Part shown: in pieces, positions 47,201 to 59,013 of the stretch
Numbering within the stretch: position 1 is the stretch's first letter
Layout: each line of letters starts with the position of its first letter
DNA from: a virus
Taxonomy: Duplodnaviria; Caudoviricetes
Reading direction: 5' to 3' (one strand)
DNA length: 64,000 bases
IMG/VR virus record: IMGVR_UViG_3300045391_002568
Coordinates: 2,044-66,043 of that record
The notes under the pieces: model-generated
Databases searched by the model: none
Told to the model about the DNA's origin: nothing
What the model saw: only the letters and a program-made list of their open reading frames with translations
Position numbers and translations under genes: made by a program

Positions 47201-50200
47201 GCACAACGCTGGCGGCCAGCAAGTCAGCCGGCGCGGCGCGGCGGACCCTGATGCGACCCCCGAGAAGGAGGGGCGTGCGGGATTCGTGCGCGATCTGGTG
47301 AATGCGGCGCGCGCGGTTGTATACAGCTCCGCCACCTGGGCGAAGCGCCCGGACGTAATGGACCTCTACAGCAAGACCGATATGTCTCTTGCGGTGGATA
47401 AAATTTCAGATCTTCCGGCGGCGATCGCGCGCGGCGGCGTGCCCCTGCAGCAAGCGGTAGCCGCAATGCTGGCCAAGGCTGGTCAGTACATCCGGCGTGA
47501 GAAGTCTTTCGACGGCATCGAGTACAACACACCGGTGGTTCCGGTTGATCTGGAGGCGGCAGAATCCCTGAGCGCCGTGATGCTTGCGGTCCGCGAGTTC
47601 GACACCGCCAAGGCGGGAGCCGTTGCGGCCCTGAAGGAAGAGGCGAAGGCGGCCGCGCGCCTGGTCAGCGAGACCAACTCCACCGGTGGAGCTGGCGCGC
47701 AGTCCACGAACTTCACGTCAGTGATGCACAACCTGATTGACCAGATGCTGTTGGCACTGAAGGCCGAAGCCGCAGTGAAGCGCGCCATCGAGCGCAAGGC
47801 TGAAGGCAAGAAGGTCACCATCACGGTCTCCAACACGATGGGCAGCTTCATAGGCGAGTACGCCAGCGAGGCGGGACTGAAGCCTGGCGACAAAATAGCC
47901 CTGTCGTTCGCCGACCTGATGATGCGCTACCTCGAGAAATCACGAGAAGTGCTGATCAAGGGGCCGGATGGCGCCACAACGCGCCGCCGCCTGACAGATG
48001 GTGAGCTCGGCGGCCACGGACTTAGTAAGTACAACGCGGCAGTGAAGCTGATCAAGTCGTCCGACAAGATCGGCAGGCTGCCGGTGAGCCCGATCGATTA
48101 TATGCACGCGAAGTTGCAGGCCGCGGGCATCAAGACTGCCGAGATCACCGGCCGCAGCCAAATGATCGATTACACCGGGGCCTTCCCAGTGTACCGCTTG
48201 CGACCGGCAGCTGAGATCAAGCCGGAGGGCAGGAAGCGCACGATCAACGCGTTCAACTCCGGCGTGATCGACATGCTGATCCTGAACCAGGCAGGCGCCA
48301 CCGGCCTGTCGCTGCATGCGAGCAAGAAGTTCAAGGACCAGTCGCGGCGCTGGATGGTGCTGGCGCAGGCCGAGAAGAACATCGACACCCACATGCAGAT
48401 GCTTGGGCGCATCAATCGCACAGGCCAGGTGCAGACGCCGGGCTACGACCAGCTGACCGCTGATATTCCTGCGGAGAAGCGGCCGGCAGCGGTGCTCGCC
48501 AAGAAGATGGCAAGCCTCAACGCAAACACCACTGCATCGCGCGATTCGGCCGTCACGTCGAAGGAGACTGTCGACTTCCTCAACCTGTACGGCGATGAAG
48601 TGGTTGCGCAGCTGATGGAGGACATGCCCGACATTCACGAGAAGCTCGGCGAGCCGCTGGATCCTTCCAGCACTGGAGAGGGCTATGAACGAGAAGATGC
48701 CGCCCGCAAGGTCAGCGGCCGCATCCCGCTGCTTCCTGTAGCCGAGCAGGAGGCGCTGTACGAGCTCATTGAGAGCGGATACAAGGCCGCGCTGGAACAG
48801 GCCGATGCCATGGGAGAAAACGCGCTAGAGGCGAAGACGATGGATCTGGACGCGCGAACCACCGCGCGCACCCCGCTTTTCGAGGGCAAGAGCGGGTCGT
48901 CGTCACCTTTCGCTCAGGGCGCGTGGCTTGAGGAAGCGAACGTGAAACGGCTCGGCAAGCCGTATACGTCCGAGCAGGTGCGCAGCATGGTGGCCGACTC
49001 GCTCGGCGTCGATTCCGGCGCGAAGTGGGATCAGCTGCGTCGCGCCGGCGCCGACAACACTGACAGCCGCGGGCGGGATGTGGGCAAGGAGGCGGCATCA
49101 TTCCGTGACGGCCTGAGCGCCAAGTTGCTGATCATGGACATCAAGGAGTCCGAGAAGCAGGGGCGTCTCCAGCAGTTTGAGGGCCTCGTGACGCGCTGGG
49201 TGGATATCAGTCATCGACTGATGGTCGGGTCTGCGTACCGGCTCTCTTCTGGCGATAACGTAATCTATGGCGTGCTTCTGAAGGTGACCCGCAAAAAGGG
49301 CGTGAAGCTGCCGGTCGCCTTGGGCTCATGGGAAGCGCACTTCGCCCTGGCTGACGCGAGCCGGCACATTACGCTGCCCTTCAGCCGTCTTGCGGCGAGC
49401 GCCGGTGGGCTCGGAGAGATCGGCAAGATTGCGTTCCGAGTCGCAGATCGCACTGACCTCACTGAAAAGCCGATCCTACAGGCCTTCGATGAAGGGCAAC
49501 TGCAGTCCCGCGAGGACCGCATCATCGTCACCGGAAACTTGCTGGCCGGCTTTGCCAAAGTGAAGGGCGGAGCGATCGTCAACTACACGACCAGCCAGGG
49601 CGAGGTGCGGCAGGGAATCCTCATGCCGCGCAACTTCGACATCGAGGAATTCTCGAAAGAGCAGCCCGTGGAGCTCACGGCGGAGCAGGTGATTCCGTTC
49701 TTCCGCGAGGCGCCGAAGGGCATCATCGAGAACGCATCCGGGGCGCTGACGGTGCGGCGCGCTGGCGGTGACTACTTCCTGTCAGTGCCGAAATCGAAGG
49801 CCGACGGCGGCAAGTTCTTCCTCGATCGTGTGCTAACGAATATCACCCGCGATTTCTCAAGTCGCGGCGATCGCATGATCGCAACTATCAGCAGCGCGGA
49901 GTTGCTGCCGGCCCTGCAGTACCTGCAGCGCAATGGCGAAAAGTTCCAGACCAAGAGTTTCTCGCTCGAGGCGCGCGCGGTTGGCGGAAAGCAGCTCGCA
50001 GGTGGCGATCGCGCAGAGATCTCCAATGACCTGGCGCCCATGGCGAGCGCTCCGAAGGGCTGGAGGTCAGTGGAGGCAATGCCACGCACCGATGGCGTGA
50101 AGAATGGCCTGGCCATCAGAAAGGCGCTCGACGCGAAGTTTGGGGCCAGCGCCATTCAGGCGCTGATCGACAAGGGCTTGCTGCGCATCGTTGCCGGGTT

Positions 50201-53200
50201 CGAGAACCTGCCGCAGGACATGCGGAACAACATCATCCAGCGAATCGGCAACAAAGGCCGCGCGGCCAATGCCTGGATGAACCCCAAGACGGGCACCTCC
50301 TACATCATCGGCGAGAACGCGACGCCGGACCACGCCCCTTCCATCCTGCTGCATGAGATCGGCGAGCACTATGGGCTGCGCAAGTTGCTCGGCGAGGACG
50401 CCTATCACCGCCTCCACCGCGACCTGGTGAACCTGAACGGCAAGGACCCGGCCGTTACCGCGGCGTGGAGTGCCGTCAAAGCAGCATACGGCCATGAGGT
50501 GGAAGGCAGCGAGCGGTTCCTCAAGGAGGTTACCGCGCACCTGGCCAATGACCAGTCGGTGCTCGACGCGCCGTGGTTCAAGCGCGTGGTGTGGGCTGTG
50601 CGGAGATTCCTGTACCAGCTCGGCTGGACATTCGCCTTCAAGATCGACGCCAACGATATCCGCGGAATGCTCGCCGCTAGCCTCGGAAAGGCCATCGAGG
50701 ATGCGAAGGCTGCAGCTCCCGCAGCGTCCACGGCAAGGGCCTCAACCGCCGAAGCACCGCTGGCCAGCCTCGACACTGGGAGCAGGGACCCGGCCGACAC
50801 CACGAGGCAATTCGTCCGCGAAAGCATCTTCCGGATGCCAGTCGATCGGGTATTCCGGACCCTTGTCATGAGTCCGATGGGGCGATTCCAGAACGGCAAG
50901 TTCGTTCCGTGGGAACCGGTTGATGCCGCCGTGAAGTCCGTACTCGCAAGCGCCAAGCGCATGTCCAGCGGCGCATTCGACTGGCTGCACCCCTCCATAC
51001 AGAGCGCAGCAAACAACAGCGTTCAGTGGCTGAAGAACGCGTTCGTTGATCGCGCCGGCACGCCGGAAGAATTCAAGACGCGCGAGGCGCAGAAGGAGGG
51101 CGAGATTCGATCCTCGCTGCGCAACATCCAGGAGCTCGGCGCGAAGCTTATGGAGAGCGTCACCGACGAGAACGAGAAGCTGGCCCTGCAGCAGGTGATG
51201 ACTGGCGAAGAAATCGGGGACGAGCAGGTAAAGGCCATCGCCGCGCCGTTCATCGATGCGATCGAGGACATGGGAAGGCAACTGGCCGAGCTCGGCTTCC
51301 TCACCCGCGAGACTTGGGAAAAGAATCGCCGCAAGTACCTGCACCGCAGTTACCTGCGCCACGAGACGGCGTTTGCGGGCGCCCTGACGCGCCGCATAGA
51401 CGATATGGTCTCGAGGAGAGCGGCCAACCGCCGCGTGCGAATCATCGGGGACGCATTCCGCGGCCGAGGAATGTTCCAGAAGGTCTCAATTGACGCCCTG
51501 AAGAAGGGCGCCGGGAGCGAATTCTGGGGCCGCAGATTCGACCCCGAGACCTCCATCGATGTGAACCTGAAGAACACCGAATGGACGATCCTCGACAAGG
51601 TAATCGCGCGCGAGGTGGATGAGCAGCGCCAGCTGCTGCCCGGATCTTCCGGTCGCGCCGATCGCAAGGTGCGCCGCATCTACTGGCCGGCCGACGAGCC
51701 GATCCCGAATCGATACGCCGGGTGGGAGAATCGCGGGACGTTCCGCGTGCGCGACGTGGGCAAGGGCGAAGTGACTCTGCACCGCGACTATACGAAGCAG
51801 GAACGGCTGCGCATGGGGGAGATCCTCGACGCGCGCTACAACATCGTGAAAACGATGTCGCTGATGAGCAGGGACCTCGCTACCGGAAAGTTCTTCAAGG
51901 ACATCGCCGCGAATCCGGAGTGGGCGCGCACGGAGGAGCCGAGAAACGCCGACGGCTCGCCGGCCTGGGTCTATGCCGCTGAGTCAACGTGGAACAGGAC
52001 GATACACCGCACGCCGGAATGGGTCAGAGTTCCCATGTCGAAGGTCGGCGGGGAGAAGGGCCCGTACCGGTACGGGCAGCTCGCCGGCAAGTACGTGCAG
52101 GGCGCGATCTGGCGCGACATAGCCGAGCAGGAGGCATTCATGACGCCGGGCGTGTGGCGCACGCTCCTGAAGGCGTGGAAGATCTCAAAGACCGCCCTCT
52201 CCCCGGTCGTGCACGTCAACAACATCGTCTCGAACTTCTTCCTGATGGATCTGCAGGATGTGTCCCTTGCTGACCTGAAGGATGGCTTCGTGAGTCGGTT
52301 CGGAAGGGACCAGGACTACAAGGACGCGCTGGATCACGGGCTGTTCGGCAGCAGCGCACTGGACAAGGAGATCAGCGACGAGATCCTGATTCCTATTCTC
52401 AACGAAATCCGCGAAGCGAACTTCGTCGGCCCCACGGCGCGCATAAAGATGGTCACGAAAATCGTCGACGCCATCTGGGGGGCCGGAAAGCTGACCATCG
52501 ACAAGGCGACCCTCGTCTATCAGCTCGAGGACGAGGTTTTCCGCATGGCGACTTACAAGAAGTTGCTCGCCGATGGAGTTCCGGCCTTCGAGGCGGCGCA
52601 GCGCGCGCGCCGCGCATTCATCGACTACGACATCAGGGCGCCAGGCATCAACGCACTTCGCCGGACCGTCGTTCCGTTCATTTCGTACACCTATCGCGCC
52701 ATCCCATTGGTGGCCGGGGCGGTGGCGAAGCGGCCGTGGAAGCTGGCGAAGTATTACGCGATCGCCTACGCGCTCCAGAGCCTCGCTTACTGGTGGATGG
52801 ACGAGGACGATGACGATAAGGAGGCCTATCAGCGCCTGATGGACGAGCAGTACCAGGGAAATGTCTGGCTGGGCGTCCCGCGCATGATGCGCATGCCGTT
52901 CGACGACAAATACGGCAACCCGATGTTTCTGGACATCAGGCGGTGGATTCCTGCCGGCGACGTTTTCGAGACCGGCGAGGCGATCGAGTGGATGCCGTCC
53001 TGGTTGCAGATTGGCGGACCCCTACTGATGGGCATCGAGGTTGGGCTGAACGTCGATACGTTCAAGGACAGCCAGATATACAACCGCCGCACCGACACGG
53101 CCGGCGAGAAGATCTCCAAGTCCGCGGCCTTCCTGTGGCGCGGGATGGCGCCTAACGTCGCGCTGGTCCCGGGCTCGTATGCGAACCAAAACCTCATGTC

Positions 53201-53513
53201 AGCATGGCGTAGCAATCAAGAGGACTTCAATTTTGCCGGCGAGAAGAAGTCTCTCGGGCAAGCCGTCGCCGGAGGTCTCGGCGTGAAGATGCGCCCCCTG
53301 AGCCTCGAGGGAAGGAAGGGCGAGATTCAGGCCCAGTACGAGTCGATTATCTCGGATCTGCGGCGCCAGCTCGCCGCGCTGCGCACCCAAACGTCCCGCG
53401 GCAAGATGTCAGAGGAAGAGTACCTGCAGAATGCTGGCATCATCGAAATGAAGATCTCGGACGCCGAAGAGAAGATGCGCCGCAAGCTGTACGGCGACCG
53501 CCAGCCGCAGTGA
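41208..53513 (+). CDS. Giant DarB-like polyvalent protein (4101 aa): inorganic-pyrophosphatase-like domain, N6 DNA methyltransferase, strawberry-notch-type SF2 helicase, HExxxH metallopeptidase-like domain, LPD38-like C-terminus
   Basis: AGNYQKGH...ISIENPKG...[17 protein letters not shown]...[10 protein letters not shown] (~43.8-44.2 kb); [16 protein letters not shown] (~45.4-46.0 kb); [40 protein letters not shown] (~46.7-48.5 kb); [10 protein letters not shown] (~50.35 kb). Confidence 0.88.
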   Translation: MARPWAEVAEDPNYLGLDPQAREAVRSAYFEQNVAPRIAPDQDHDQVRALFDKSTREDLVAAAQARGSGEPQRGAVRRAEPAVATPKVPGNIDLNNRPRVQNEDGTISTVRSMSIGTDQGEVLIPTVSDDGRILSDDEAIKQYRNTGRHLGIFNSPQEATSYAQALHQQQEKQYADSQPAAGVLESIAHAGRSIMRNWQQAAVGEKLLNAELGVPDNLERQRRKKFIGKRADEAAAAGDTEKAASIRAFLADEEQDREKLREAARARAPELLERAKKLDAEDRADPIKHAGKIGQWLHDAAVSIGATGPSVGAGILTSIVATPAGGTAVTLGSMLEQTRAQSYQKYRLQGLSPDRANRLASIDGFVEAGTELLPFSALIKRTPLLKKAITEILSDIPGEEVANFFQSYTEAVAGAGDNPTPEQVNAAMHAAWEKTKREALDVAAVSTIQGGVMAGASRLALGKEEEQRRRPPSPSEPGAPAAEKPAAKPKAGDISLDEAVGTTVAPDEGAAVESASPPTHAPPAKQAEPGAVSKEAAPGEAGATEEDPFSPEATQRADDLRTAISYVSPPPPENGRGIVPDPEVFQTHADMERAPRGRIGIPGHPAWASRPDKISAKDGAAALEKAGRGDTLTPKEQRFVDHMLQYVSEERAYQQSVPEEQRITADDMRDSMLEPQDMQLAMLAQRARQVGADPDMVDAALEAQTDEMAASKLNELISGATREKSAEEPEANQTPAAAPGEEGQAAAAEEGVGADHRAAVPAAVATTVPTGAAADGATPARGSAAEDVSRGAAGAAGTDLFGADNSRQEALNARNGRVARKLGEGRKAPPPGGMFEAADQQEVARAAAAQTDLDAAAHAAATSPQNDLPQPTPAQHEAGNYQKGHLRVQGLDISIENPKGSERSSKPDAARPWKTTMQAHYGYIRGTVGKDKDHIDVFVGPEAEDEANTVYVVDQPQFDGTGFDEHKVLLGFDSLKSALAAYRGSYDKAASKMTSLAKTRAFTADEFKDWLANGDHTKPASTFRPSKNPVKTPSEPGAAAQEQRPQAGAPELNANGVYPRDAGETISMPTGKGRPKSEHSVQVVETPQGWVFGMQSFFNIGDMSGTSHGASATHGGKSATREEALRKGLEQILKHATSVATGPIHSPRNEAQVAEAKRVMEWAQQQINAIQKNPPPAPATARNAPPASRNTIFTEDAAAKARAILKSKLGQVSSGLDPELMQAGITLAGYHIERGARTFAAYSKAMIEDLGEAVKPYLRSWYEAVRWDPRATAIAADMTGATEIDQEAAPRAQEASSSQQDTGSSEQNPENDDQEAAAAARAPEGLEQFVLRELRSGEQISKRNLERYSGISGKELEEAIELAIVMRAREIVASRQSPEDTFMALQRLYNQQPNLSTRTSTSVEQQAYSTPAPLAYLASRLADIGRHDTVLEPTAGNGMLLIEATPRLAVVNELNPDRWKALRKQGFKVDSSDATTWTPSRSGSVNVVIANPPFGTVRLPSGITRSFAAPLPDGKIFQTNEIDHAISMRALQHMHPNGRAVLIIGSVNKQAKGVARSDAYNGAAKRQFFYHLYQHYNVTDHFTVDGKLYAKQGAAWPVDVIVIEGRGRSSRALPAADVPRVYDSWEALRGLISGESDERAANDRVGAEQEAGRGGDAGVDTDQQQDEAGSGDISLGTEQPAPEAAGEPAGPEAVTGEDGGPAGGGRPVGGRNATTGRGSEQADTEQSPGMGSPGTARAGTERSAAESGRDAGSEAADQGGPAGSSERARELAGAVDSAALAGHQVPYNPASSVPAIGTLVPTNMRNATANALAALEARVGKLESYVAQQLGWEESDVGRYLGAEQVDGVALALDQISQNKALVIGDQTGVGKGRQVASAIRFALRQGLIPIFVTEKPNLYSDIYRDLVDIGQEDIRPLVTNSGLKLPLDDNETVFLTTASGNVHERTLASARDTGDLGDFNMVFTTYNQMQTVKGNPTTRMGMLGALGPRAMLILDEAHNAGGQQVSRRGAADPDATPEKEGRAGFVRDLVNAARAVVYSSATWAKRPDVMDLYSKTDMSLAVDKISDLPAAIARGGVPLQQAVAAMLAKAGQYIRREKSFDGIEYNTPVVPVDLEAAESLSAVMLAVREFDTAKAGAVAALKEEAKAAARLVSETNSTGGAGAQSTNFTSVMHNLIDQMLLALKAEAAVKRAIERKAEGKKVTITVSNTMGSFIGEYASEAGLKPGDKIALSFADLMMRYLEKSREVLIKGPDGATTRRRLTDGELGGHGLSKYNAAVKLIKSSDKIGRLPVSPIDYMHAKLQAAGIKTAEITGRSQMIDYTGAFPVYRLRPAAEIKPEGRKRTINAFNSGVIDMLILNQAGATGLSLHASKKFKDQSRRWMVLAQAEKNIDTHMQMLGRINRTGQVQTPGYDQLTADIPAEKRPAAVLAKKMASLNANTTASRDSAVTSKETVDFLNLYGDEVVAQLMEDMPDIHEKLGEPLDPSSTGEGYEREDAARKVSGRIPLLPVAEQEALYELIESGYKAALEQADAMGENALEAKTMDLDARTTARTPLFEGKSGSSSPFAQGAWLEEANVKRLGKPYTSEQVRSMVADSLGVDSGAKWDQLRRAGADNTDSRGRDVGKEAASFRDGLSAKLLIMDIKESEKQGRLQQFEGLVTRWVDISHRLMVGSAYRLSSGDNVIYGVLLKVTRKKGVKLPVALGSWEAHFALADASRHITLPFSRLAASAGGLGEIGKIAFRVADRTDLTEKPILQAFDEGQLQSREDRIIVTGNLLAGFAKVKGGAIVNYTTSQGEVRQGILMPRNFDIEEFSKEQPVELTAEQVIPFFREAPKGIIENASGALTVRRAGGDYFLSVPKSKADGGKFFLDRVLTNITRDFSSRGDRMIATISSAELLPALQYLQRNGEKFQTKSFSLEARAVGGKQLAGGDRAEISNDLAPMASAPKGWRSVEAMPRTDGVKNGLAIRKALDAKFGASAIQALIDKGLLRIVAGFENLPQDMRNNIIQRIGNKGRAANAWMNPKTGTSYIIGENATPDHAPSILLHEIGEHYGLRKLLGEDAYHRLHRDLVNLNGKDPAVTAAWSAVKAAYGHEVEGSERFLKEVTAHLANDQSVLDAPWFKRVVWAVRRFLYQLGWTFAFKIDANDIRGMLAASLGKAIEDAKAAAPAASTARASTAEAPLASLDTGSRDPADTTRQFVRESIFRMPVDRVFRTLVMSPMGRFQNGKFVPWEPVDAAVKSVLASAKRMSSGAFDWLHPSIQSAANNSVQWLKNAFVDRAGTPEEFKTREAQKEGEIRSSLRNIQELGAKLMESVTDENEKLALQQVMTGEEIGDEQVKAIAAPFIDAIEDMGRQLAELGFLTRETWEKNRRKYLHRSYLRHETAFAGALTRRIDDMVSRRAANRRVRIIGDAFRGRGMFQKVSIDALKKGAGSEFWGRRFDPETSIDVNLKNTEWTILDKVIAREVDEQRQLLPGSSGRADRKVRRIYWPADEPIPNRYAGWENRGTFRVRDVGKGEVTLHRDYTKQERLRMGEILDARYNIVKTMSLMSRDLATGKFFKDIAANPEWARTEEPRNADGSPAWVYAAESTWNRTIHRTPEWVRVPMSKVGGEKGPYRYGQLAGKYVQGAIWRDIAEQEAFMTPGVWRTLLKAWKISKTALSPVVHVNNIVSNFFLMDLQDVSLADLKDGFVSRFGRDQDYKDALDHGLFGSSALDKEISDEILIPILNEIREANFVGPTARIKMVTKIVDAIWGAGKLTIDKATLVYQLEDEVFRMATYKKLLADGVPAFEAAQRARRAFIDYDIRAPGINALRRTVVPFISYTYRAIPLVAGAVAKRPWKLAKYYAIAYALQSLAYWWMDEDDDDKEAYQRLMDEQYQGNVWLGVPRMMRMPFDDKYGNPMFLDIRRWIPAGDVFETGEAIEWMPSWLQIGGPLLMGIEVGLNVDTFKDSQIYNRRTDTAGEKISKSAAFLWRGMAPNVALVPGSYANQNLMSAWRSNQEDFNFAGEKKSLGQAVAGGLGVKMRPLSLEGRKGEIQAQYESIISDLRRQLAALRTQTSRGKMSEEEYLQNAGIIEMKISDAEEKMRRKLYGDRQPQ
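43372..43674 (+). CDS. Two tandem candidate overprinted ORFs (+1 frame): 43372-43464 (30 aa, basic) and 43465-43674 (69 aa)
   Basis: GGAG then GTG 43372; [30 protein letters not shown] immediately followed by GTG; CTG/AAG/GAG/CAG codons dominate the +1 frame. Confidence 0.35.
46117..46548 (+). CDS. Candidate overprinted gene (+1 frame, 143 aa, Leu/Glu-rich helical)
   Basis: GGAGAG RBS before ATG 46117; GC-ending codons in the +1 frame, while the host frame becomes A/T-ending and low-complexity. Confidence 0.55.
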   Translation: MNAQQMIAWAPSRKLAVVVTLGSILTSSKTKLDREIYLSELSNRLQKLLESQPDPKLSLVRMEGLLEEAGLWEGETPPLEEAASRLILSNPLVWDRLEQHGLELNDLPPNPDETPEARLQIRADLQDPVSALENWLGQLTAQP

Positions 53514-53593
53514 AGTGGCTATAGGGGCAATCGCGGGGTAGTATCCGCGTCAATTGGCCCACCAACACAGGACGTGTGAGGCGCTGAAGCGTT

Positions 53594-55537
53594 ATGCGCA
53601 TCAGGGTTCTTAATCGCAGGATATTTCTCGGTATCGGCGCCACCAGCCTGCTGGCAGCTTCCGTCGCGCGCGCGCTCGGCGTCATTTCCATCGCCGGCGC
53701 CGGCAACAAATATTACGCCGCCGCTCCAGGTGGCGGGGGCGGCGGGTCCAGCAGCATCCTGATGCTGTACACGGACATCACGGCGGGCCCCACGACAGGT
53801 GGCGAGAACAACAAGGGCACCTACATTTCGGTGTTCGGAATCGGCCTCGGATCGTTCAGCGACTGGGGCGTCAGCAAGAAGCTGATGATCGGCGGCGTTG
53901 AGGTGGATAACTACCGCTGCCTGCAGAATGCAACCGGTCAGGGATCCGGAGGTCCTGGCCGCGGCGTCTACGAAACGTGGGGCATCCAGCGCATCGTGGC
54001 GCAGGTGGGCGCGCTGGGCTCGCCCACTGCTGGCACCGCGCTGGCCATCGACATCGTCGACGGCTCTGGTACCTCGCTGCTGCTGAATACTGTCGTGTCC
54101 GGCAAGGCGCGCGATCTCGACGGCGCTGATATCACGTTCACACCGCAGCCTGGCGCCATCATTTTCGTGGCCCCGGCCGGCAGCGGTGGCAGCGATGCGA
54201 ACCCCGGCACGATTGCTTCGCCGAAGCTGTCGCTCCAGACCACCGGCGGCGCCGGCGTATTCACGGTGCACAGCGGCGCCAATACGACGGACGGCATCAA
54301 GCCAGGCACGCACGTCATCCTGCGCGGCGGCAGTCACACGGTCACCGGCCGCAACAGCCGCATGGTGGATCTGTTTCGGATTACCGGGACAGCTCCCACC
54401 GGCGCCAGCGATCGCGGGCCGATCGTTGTGACGGCATACCCGGGCGCAGCGGGCGCGGACTCTCCTGAGACTGCCGTCATGTCCTGCCAGACCGGCATCG
54501 GTGGCTGCTGGAACGGCAACGATTCGACGCGCGCCACCGAGGTGAGCACGAGTTACGGTGGGTTCACTGGCTGGTGCCAGTACATCCACATCTGCAACCT
54601 GACGATGATCTCGAGTCCAACGTCGCAGAACGATGGTGGACCGGTCAATTTCCAGAACGCCGCCAAGAACTGGCGCGTGATCAACAACAACATCACCTGG
54701 CAGAACACCGTCACCGGCGTGAACCACCCGCGCGCGGCCGGCATCGTCGGCAATGGCAACGGCTGCGCAGTGCACGGCAACTATGTGCACGACATTTACG
54801 GCGACACATCCGCCAACGAGAACCACGGCATCTACTTCGATGGCGGCGCTGCGCCGACCGTCAACATGCGGGTGTCGTTCTGCTGCATCTACAACATTTC
54901 CGGCGGCAACGGCTATCAGTCGTACGACGCAAACTCGACCGGCTCGACGGGCAACATCGTCCATCACCTGTGGATCGAAACCTACAACAAGAACGGCCTG
55001 AACATCGCCGACCAGACCATCAGCCTGCAGGCCTACAACATCGTGATCGTCGACGGCGGGGAGAGTCCGATCCGCTTCAACACCGCAGATGTCGCGGCCG
55101 CAAACGGCATCGACATCTGGAATATCACCGCCTATGGGTGGGGTCGCGTGGCGTCAAACCGCGGCGCGGTGCAGGATGACTGGTCGATCGGGGCTGGCAG
55201 CGTCCGGATCCGAAACAGTATCTTCATGCAGAAGGCGTCGCACTCGGCCAACAGCTATTCGTTCACGAATCTGAACACGCCGGCGAAGTTCACGATGAAC
55301 AATAACCGCTACTACGACCCGGACGGTCGGCTGACCACGAAGCCTTCTGAGGACTCCAACGGCACCGTGGGAACGCCTGGATTCACTGATATTTCGACCC
55401 GCGACTTCTCGCTCGCCAACGGCAGCGCGTGCATCAACGCCGGCACGGCGCCAGCCTCCCGCGCCTATGGCTTCCTGCTGAATGCGGCGCCGCAGGGAGC
55501 ATCGCACGACATCGGCGCCTACGAGAGGGACACGTAA
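53594..55537 (+). CDS. Tat-signal IPT/TIG plus beta-helix protein (putative polysaccharide-binding/depolymerase)
   Basis: NRRIFLG twin-arginine motif, h-region, ARA cleavage site; YISVFGIGLG; beta-helix turns; DFSLANGSACINAG...DIGAYE. Confidence 0.7.
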   Translation: MRIRVLNRRIFLGIGATSLLAASVARALGVISIAGAGNKYYAAAPGGGGGGSSSILMLYTDITAGPTTGGENNKGTYISVFGIGLGSFSDWGVSKKLMIGGVEVDNYRCLQNATGQGSGGPGRGVYETWGIQRIVAQVGALGSPTAGTALAIDIVDGSGTSLLLNTVVSGKARDLDGADITFTPQPGAIIFVAPAGSGGSDANPGTIASPKLSLQTTGGAGVFTVHSGANTTDGIKPGTHVILRGGSHTVTGRNSRMVDLFRITGTAPTGASDRGPIVVTAYPGAAGADSPETAVMSCQTGIGGCWNGNDSTRATEVSTSYGGFTGWCQYIHICNLTMISSPTSQNDGGPVNFQNAAKNWRVINNNITWQNTVTGVNHPRAAGIVGNGNGCAVHGNYVHDIYGDTSANENHGIYFDGGAAPTVNMRVSFCCIYNISGGNGYQSYDANSTGSTGNIVHHLWIETYNKNGLNIADQTISLQAYNIVIVDGGESPIRFNTADVAAANGIDIWNITAYGWGRVASNRGAVQDDWSIGAGSVRIRNSIFMQKASHSANSYSFTNLNTPAKFTMNNNRYYDPDGRLTTKPSEDSNGTVGTPGFTDISTRDFSLANGSACINAGTAPASRAYGFLLNAAPQGASHDIGAYERDT

Positions 55538-56682
55538 TGAAGCTGCTGCGCGCGCTTCCGCTCCTGCTGCTGGCCTGCCTGCCTGATATCTCAAGGGCCG
55601 CCATTTCTGTCTCTGTCGGTGGCAACGCCGCGGCTGCAGGCTCCGCATCGAGCCTCGCTGTAGCCTCGGTGGTCGAGGCCTCCGGGGATCGCATCGTCCA
55701 CGCGTGCCGCTGGAGAAACGCGACCGCCACCGCCACGGTCTCTGACGGCACCAACACCTTCAATCAGATCGGTTCGTATTCCGACAACGGCTCGGACCGT
55801 TACGCCTGGTGGGAATCCATCAATGTCACCGCCGGCACTCGCACGATCACGACAACCTTCAGCGCGGCGGCCACATTCCGCTACTGCGTCTCGCTGAAGG
55901 TCAGCGGCAGCGACTCAAACGCCTCGCAGGCCAGCACCTTGGTGAGCAATCTGGCCGGAAACTGGACCAACGCGACCGACAACGCCACGTCCGGCAACAT
56001 GACGCCCACTGCGCAGCCGAACGCGATCATCGGTGTCATCGGGACGATCTACAACGCGCGCACCATCAGCGCCGGAACAGGTTTCACGAGCCTTGGGGCG
56101 CTGGCGAACTGGGACACTGCGAACGGCGACACGTCGCTGGCGGAATGGCGCCGCACGACATCCACGTCAGCCGCGGCCGCCACTTTCACGTTGAGCGGCG
56201 CGGAAGGCGGATTCATCTGGGGCCTCGTGGTCGGCGAGGCGGCCGCAACGCCTGCAACCCTGTCGTCAGCCACGCCAAGCGGAACGATTGGCACGTCAAC
56301 GTCAGCCACCGTGGGGGCTACGACGGACCAGTCCAGCGGGACGCTCTACGCGGTCCTGAGCACGTCGAACAATGTCTCGACGGCAACCGCCAGCCAGGTG
56401 AAGGCTGGTCAGAACAGCACGGGCGCGGCAGCGAGCTTCTCCGGCAGCAACACCGTGTCGACCACAACTCCGAGCGTGACGATCGGTAGCCTTTCGGCCG
56501 CGACGCTGTACTACTACGCCGAGGTGCAGAACAACACCAATGGCGACTCGAACGTCGTCAGCGGCTCCTTCACGACGGCCGCCGCATCCTCAATCGTCCC
56601 GAAGATCATGCAGCAGGCTCGGCTACTGCCAGCCAACGACCCAAATTTTGACGCGCCCCTTGTGGCGGGAGTTGTGAAATGA
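55537..56682 (+). CDS. Signal-peptide-bearing S/T/A-rich fibre-like protein with FN3/Ig-like domain
   Basis: TAATG coupling; MKLLRALPLLLLACLPDISRA; TTDQSSGTLYAV...QVKAGQ...GSL...TLYYY...SFTT. Confidence 0.7.
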   Translation: MKLLRALPLLLLACLPDISRAAISVSVGGNAAAAGSASSLAVASVVEASGDRIVHACRWRNATATATVSDGTNTFNQIGSYSDNGSDRYAWWESINVTAGTRTITTTFSAAATFRYCVSLKVSGSDSNASQASTLVSNLAGNWTNATDNATSGNMTPTAQPNAIIGVIGTIYNARTISAGTGFTSLGALANWDTANGDTSLAEWRRTTSTSAAAATFTLSGAEGGFIWGLVVGEAAATPATLSSATPSGTIGTSTSATVGATTDQSSGTLYAVLSTSNNVSTATASQVKAGQNSTGAAASFSGSNTVSTTTPSVTIGSLSAATLYYYAEVQNNTNGDSNVVSGSFTTAAASSIVPKIMQQARLLPANDPNFDAPLVAGVVK

Positions 56683-58622
56683 AGCGAAACAACCTGATTG
56701 CACTGGTTTGTGTCGCGGCGCTCGCCGCCGTCACGTCATACCCGTCGCTCGCCAACACCTGCCCCACATTGCGGGCTGGTGCAACGAGCCAGACGATCAA
56801 CGTCACGTTCATCGACAACACGACCGGATTGCCGGCTTCTGGGTTGGCCTTCAACTCCAGCGGCATGGACATCAACTACACCCGCCCAGGTGCGGCACAG
56901 ACCGCCGTAACCGAGGCGACACAAACCGCCGCCGGTGCGTGGTCGTCCGGCGGGTTCGTCTCCAACGGCCAGGGCACGTATCGCTTCGACATTCCCAATG
57001 CTGCGATAGCAACCGGCGTCCCGTATGTGGTCGTCACTGGCGTTGCGACCGGCTACACCATGCTTCCCTGCACGGTGCAGCTGACCGCGGTGGACCTGCA
57101 GGACTCGGTGCGCGCCGGCATGACTGCGCTGCCGAATGCTGCCGCCGAGGCAGCGGGTGGTCTGTACACCCGAGGCAGCGGCGCCGGCCAGATCGCCCAG
57201 GATGCCAACGGTCGCATCAGCGTGAATAACGTGGCGTTCGGCGGAGTCGCCGGCACGTATTCTGGCGGCCGCCCCGAGGTCAATACGACGCATTGGGCTG
57301 GTACCGCGGTCGGCAGCGCCACGGTGCGCGCCGACTTGATCAACATCGGCGGCGCTGCGGTGAGCACCTCGACCGCCCAGCTCGGCGTCAATGTCGTGAA
57401 CTTCGGTGGATCGGCTGGCACATTCGCCAGCGGCAGGCCGGAGGTCAAAACCCAGAGCATTACGAACGGGGCCATCACCGAGGCTTCCTTCGACACCACG
57501 GCCGGCAGCTTCAAGCCTTTCGGGATCGTCGACCAGGGTACTGCGCAGTCCGCATCAGGCACGACACTGGTGTTGCGATCGGCGCTAGCCATGGGCGATG
57601 ACACCGCCAATGGCATGACGCTTGTGGCGTGCGGATCCACGCAGGGCTACTGCCAGAGCCGTCTGGTGACGGACTACGTGGGATCCACGGACACCGCCAC
57701 GGTGGACACCTGGACGGTAACCCCCTCCGGAACCATCACGTACTACTTGCTCGGAACGGCTCCGTCGTCTGGCAGCGGCAGCGGCCTTGACGCGGCCGGC
57801 GTCCGCTCGGCGCTCGGCATGTCGTCGGCAAACCTCGACACACAGCTGTCGACGATCGCCGGCTACATCGACACGGAGGTCGGGGCGATCAAGACCAAGA
57901 CGGACTTCCTTCCCTCCGCGACGGCTGGAGCTTCTGGCGGCGTGTTCATCGCCGGCTCGAACGCGGCGACGACCGTGAACTTCACCGGAAACCTCTCGGG
58001 ATCGGTGGGCAGCATCGGAGCTGGTGGCATCACAGCATCGAGCATCGCCACGGACGCCATTGGCGCGGCCGAACTCGCCTCGGATGCCGTCACGGAGATC
58101 CAGTCCGGCCTGGCCACCTCGTCGGCGCTGTCAACCGTGGCTGGGTACGTCGACACCGAGGTTGCGGCCATCAAGTCGGTGACCGACAAGCTGGATACCG
58201 CGCTCGAGTTGGACGGCAGCGTGTACCGCTACACGACGAACGCGCTCGAGCAGGGCCCGGCCGGTGGTGGTGGTGGAACGAACATCACCCAGATTGAGGG
58301 CGTGGATGCGACCGACCAGATCGACGCGCGTATCGCGGCGGCAGCGCTGGCCACGGCCGCGAACCTCGCGTCGCTCAACACCAAGATCGGGACGCCGGCT
58401 GGCGCCAGCGTGAGTGCGGATATCGCGGCTGTGAAGTCGGATACGGCCGCGACGCTGACTGACACCGGCACGACCCTCGATGCGAAGGTCGACGCCATCA
58501 AGGCCAAGACGGACAGCCTGACCTTCACCAAGGCCGGAGAGGTCGACGCCAACGTTCAGAGCATGAACGGCGCCACGGTGCTGGGAGACGGCACGAGCGG
58601 GGACAAGTGGAGGGGCGAGTGA
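56679..58622 (+). CDS. Signal-peptide-bearing fibre-like protein
   Basis: MKRNNLIALVCVAALAAVTSYPSLA; AWSSGGF...G.YRFDIPNAA; repeated IAGY(I/V)DTEVxAIK; ends AIKAKTDSLTFT...GDGTSGDKW. Confidence 0.7.
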   Translation: MKRNNLIALVCVAALAAVTSYPSLANTCPTLRAGATSQTINVTFIDNTTGLPASGLAFNSSGMDINYTRPGAAQTAVTEATQTAAGAWSSGGFVSNGQGTYRFDIPNAAIATGVPYVVVTGVATGYTMLPCTVQLTAVDLQDSVRAGMTALPNAAAEAAGGLYTRGSGAGQIAQDANGRISVNNVAFGGVAGTYSGGRPEVNTTHWAGTAVGSATVRADLINIGGAAVSTSTAQLGVNVVNFGGSAGTFASGRPEVKTQSITNGAITEASFDTTAGSFKPFGIVDQGTAQSASGTTLVLRSALAMGDDTANGMTLVACGSTQGYCQSRLVTDYVGSTDTATVDTWTVTPSGTITYYLLGTAPSSGSGSGLDAAGVRSALGMSSANLDTQLSTIAGYIDTEVGAIKTKTDFLPSATAGASGGVFIAGSNAATTVNFTGNLSGSVGSIGAGGITASSIATDAIGAAELASDAVTEIQSGLATSSALSTVAGYVDTEVAAIKSVTDKLDTALELDGSVYRYTTNALEQGPAGGGGGTNITQIEGVDATDQIDARIAAAALATAANLASLNTKIGTPAGASVSADIAAVKSDTAATLTDTGTTLDAKVDAIKAKTDSLTFTKAGEVDANVQSMNGATVLGDGTSGDKWRGE

Positions 58623-59002
58623 CCCTTCGCCGGGTCATCGCGGCCTCGGCGCTGGCGCTGGCAATGATGCCGGCGCTGGCCAACTTCGACGAGGCAGCGT
58701 TCAGCCAAGGATCCTTCGGGCAGGAGAGCTTCCAGATCGCCGAGCTCGTCATGGTTCCGGATTGCTCCGGCGATGACGAAGCGACATGCGTTGCCACAGT
58801 CGAAGGCGCTGGTTTCACCACCTCCGTGGTGATGGCCTGCAGCAATACCGTTGCAGTCGGGAACGTGATCGGTACCGCGCCGCCCGGCGGGTCCGAGGCG
58901 GAGGCCGGGAGTGCCGTCGTTATCAGGGTCTCGGATGGGACCGAATGCAAAGTGAGCCGCGGCCGTAGAATGGGCGTAGGGCTTGGAATCGGACTGAACT
59001 GA
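58619..59002 (+). CDS. Signal-peptide-bearing PASTA-like domain protein
   Basis: GTGA overlap, GGAGG RBS; MTLRRVIAASALALAMMPALA; VMVPDCSG...A.VEGAGF...SNTVAVGNVIGTAPPGGSEAEAGSAVVIRVS. Confidence 0.7.
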   Translation: MTLRRVIAASALALAMMPALANFDEAAFSQGSFGQESFQIAELVMVPDCSGDDEATCVATVEGAGFTTSVVMACSNTVAVGNVIGTAPPGGSEAEAGSAVVIRVSDGTECKVSRGRRMGVGLGIGLN

Positions 59003-59013
59003 GGGGTACGAAC

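Noticed and set aside
53519-54967. Long antisense ORFs (also 25347..26738, 10340..11638, 21044..22318, 9390..10517)
   Set aside because: Shadow frames of well-supported genes in high-GC DNA; no motifs or RBS
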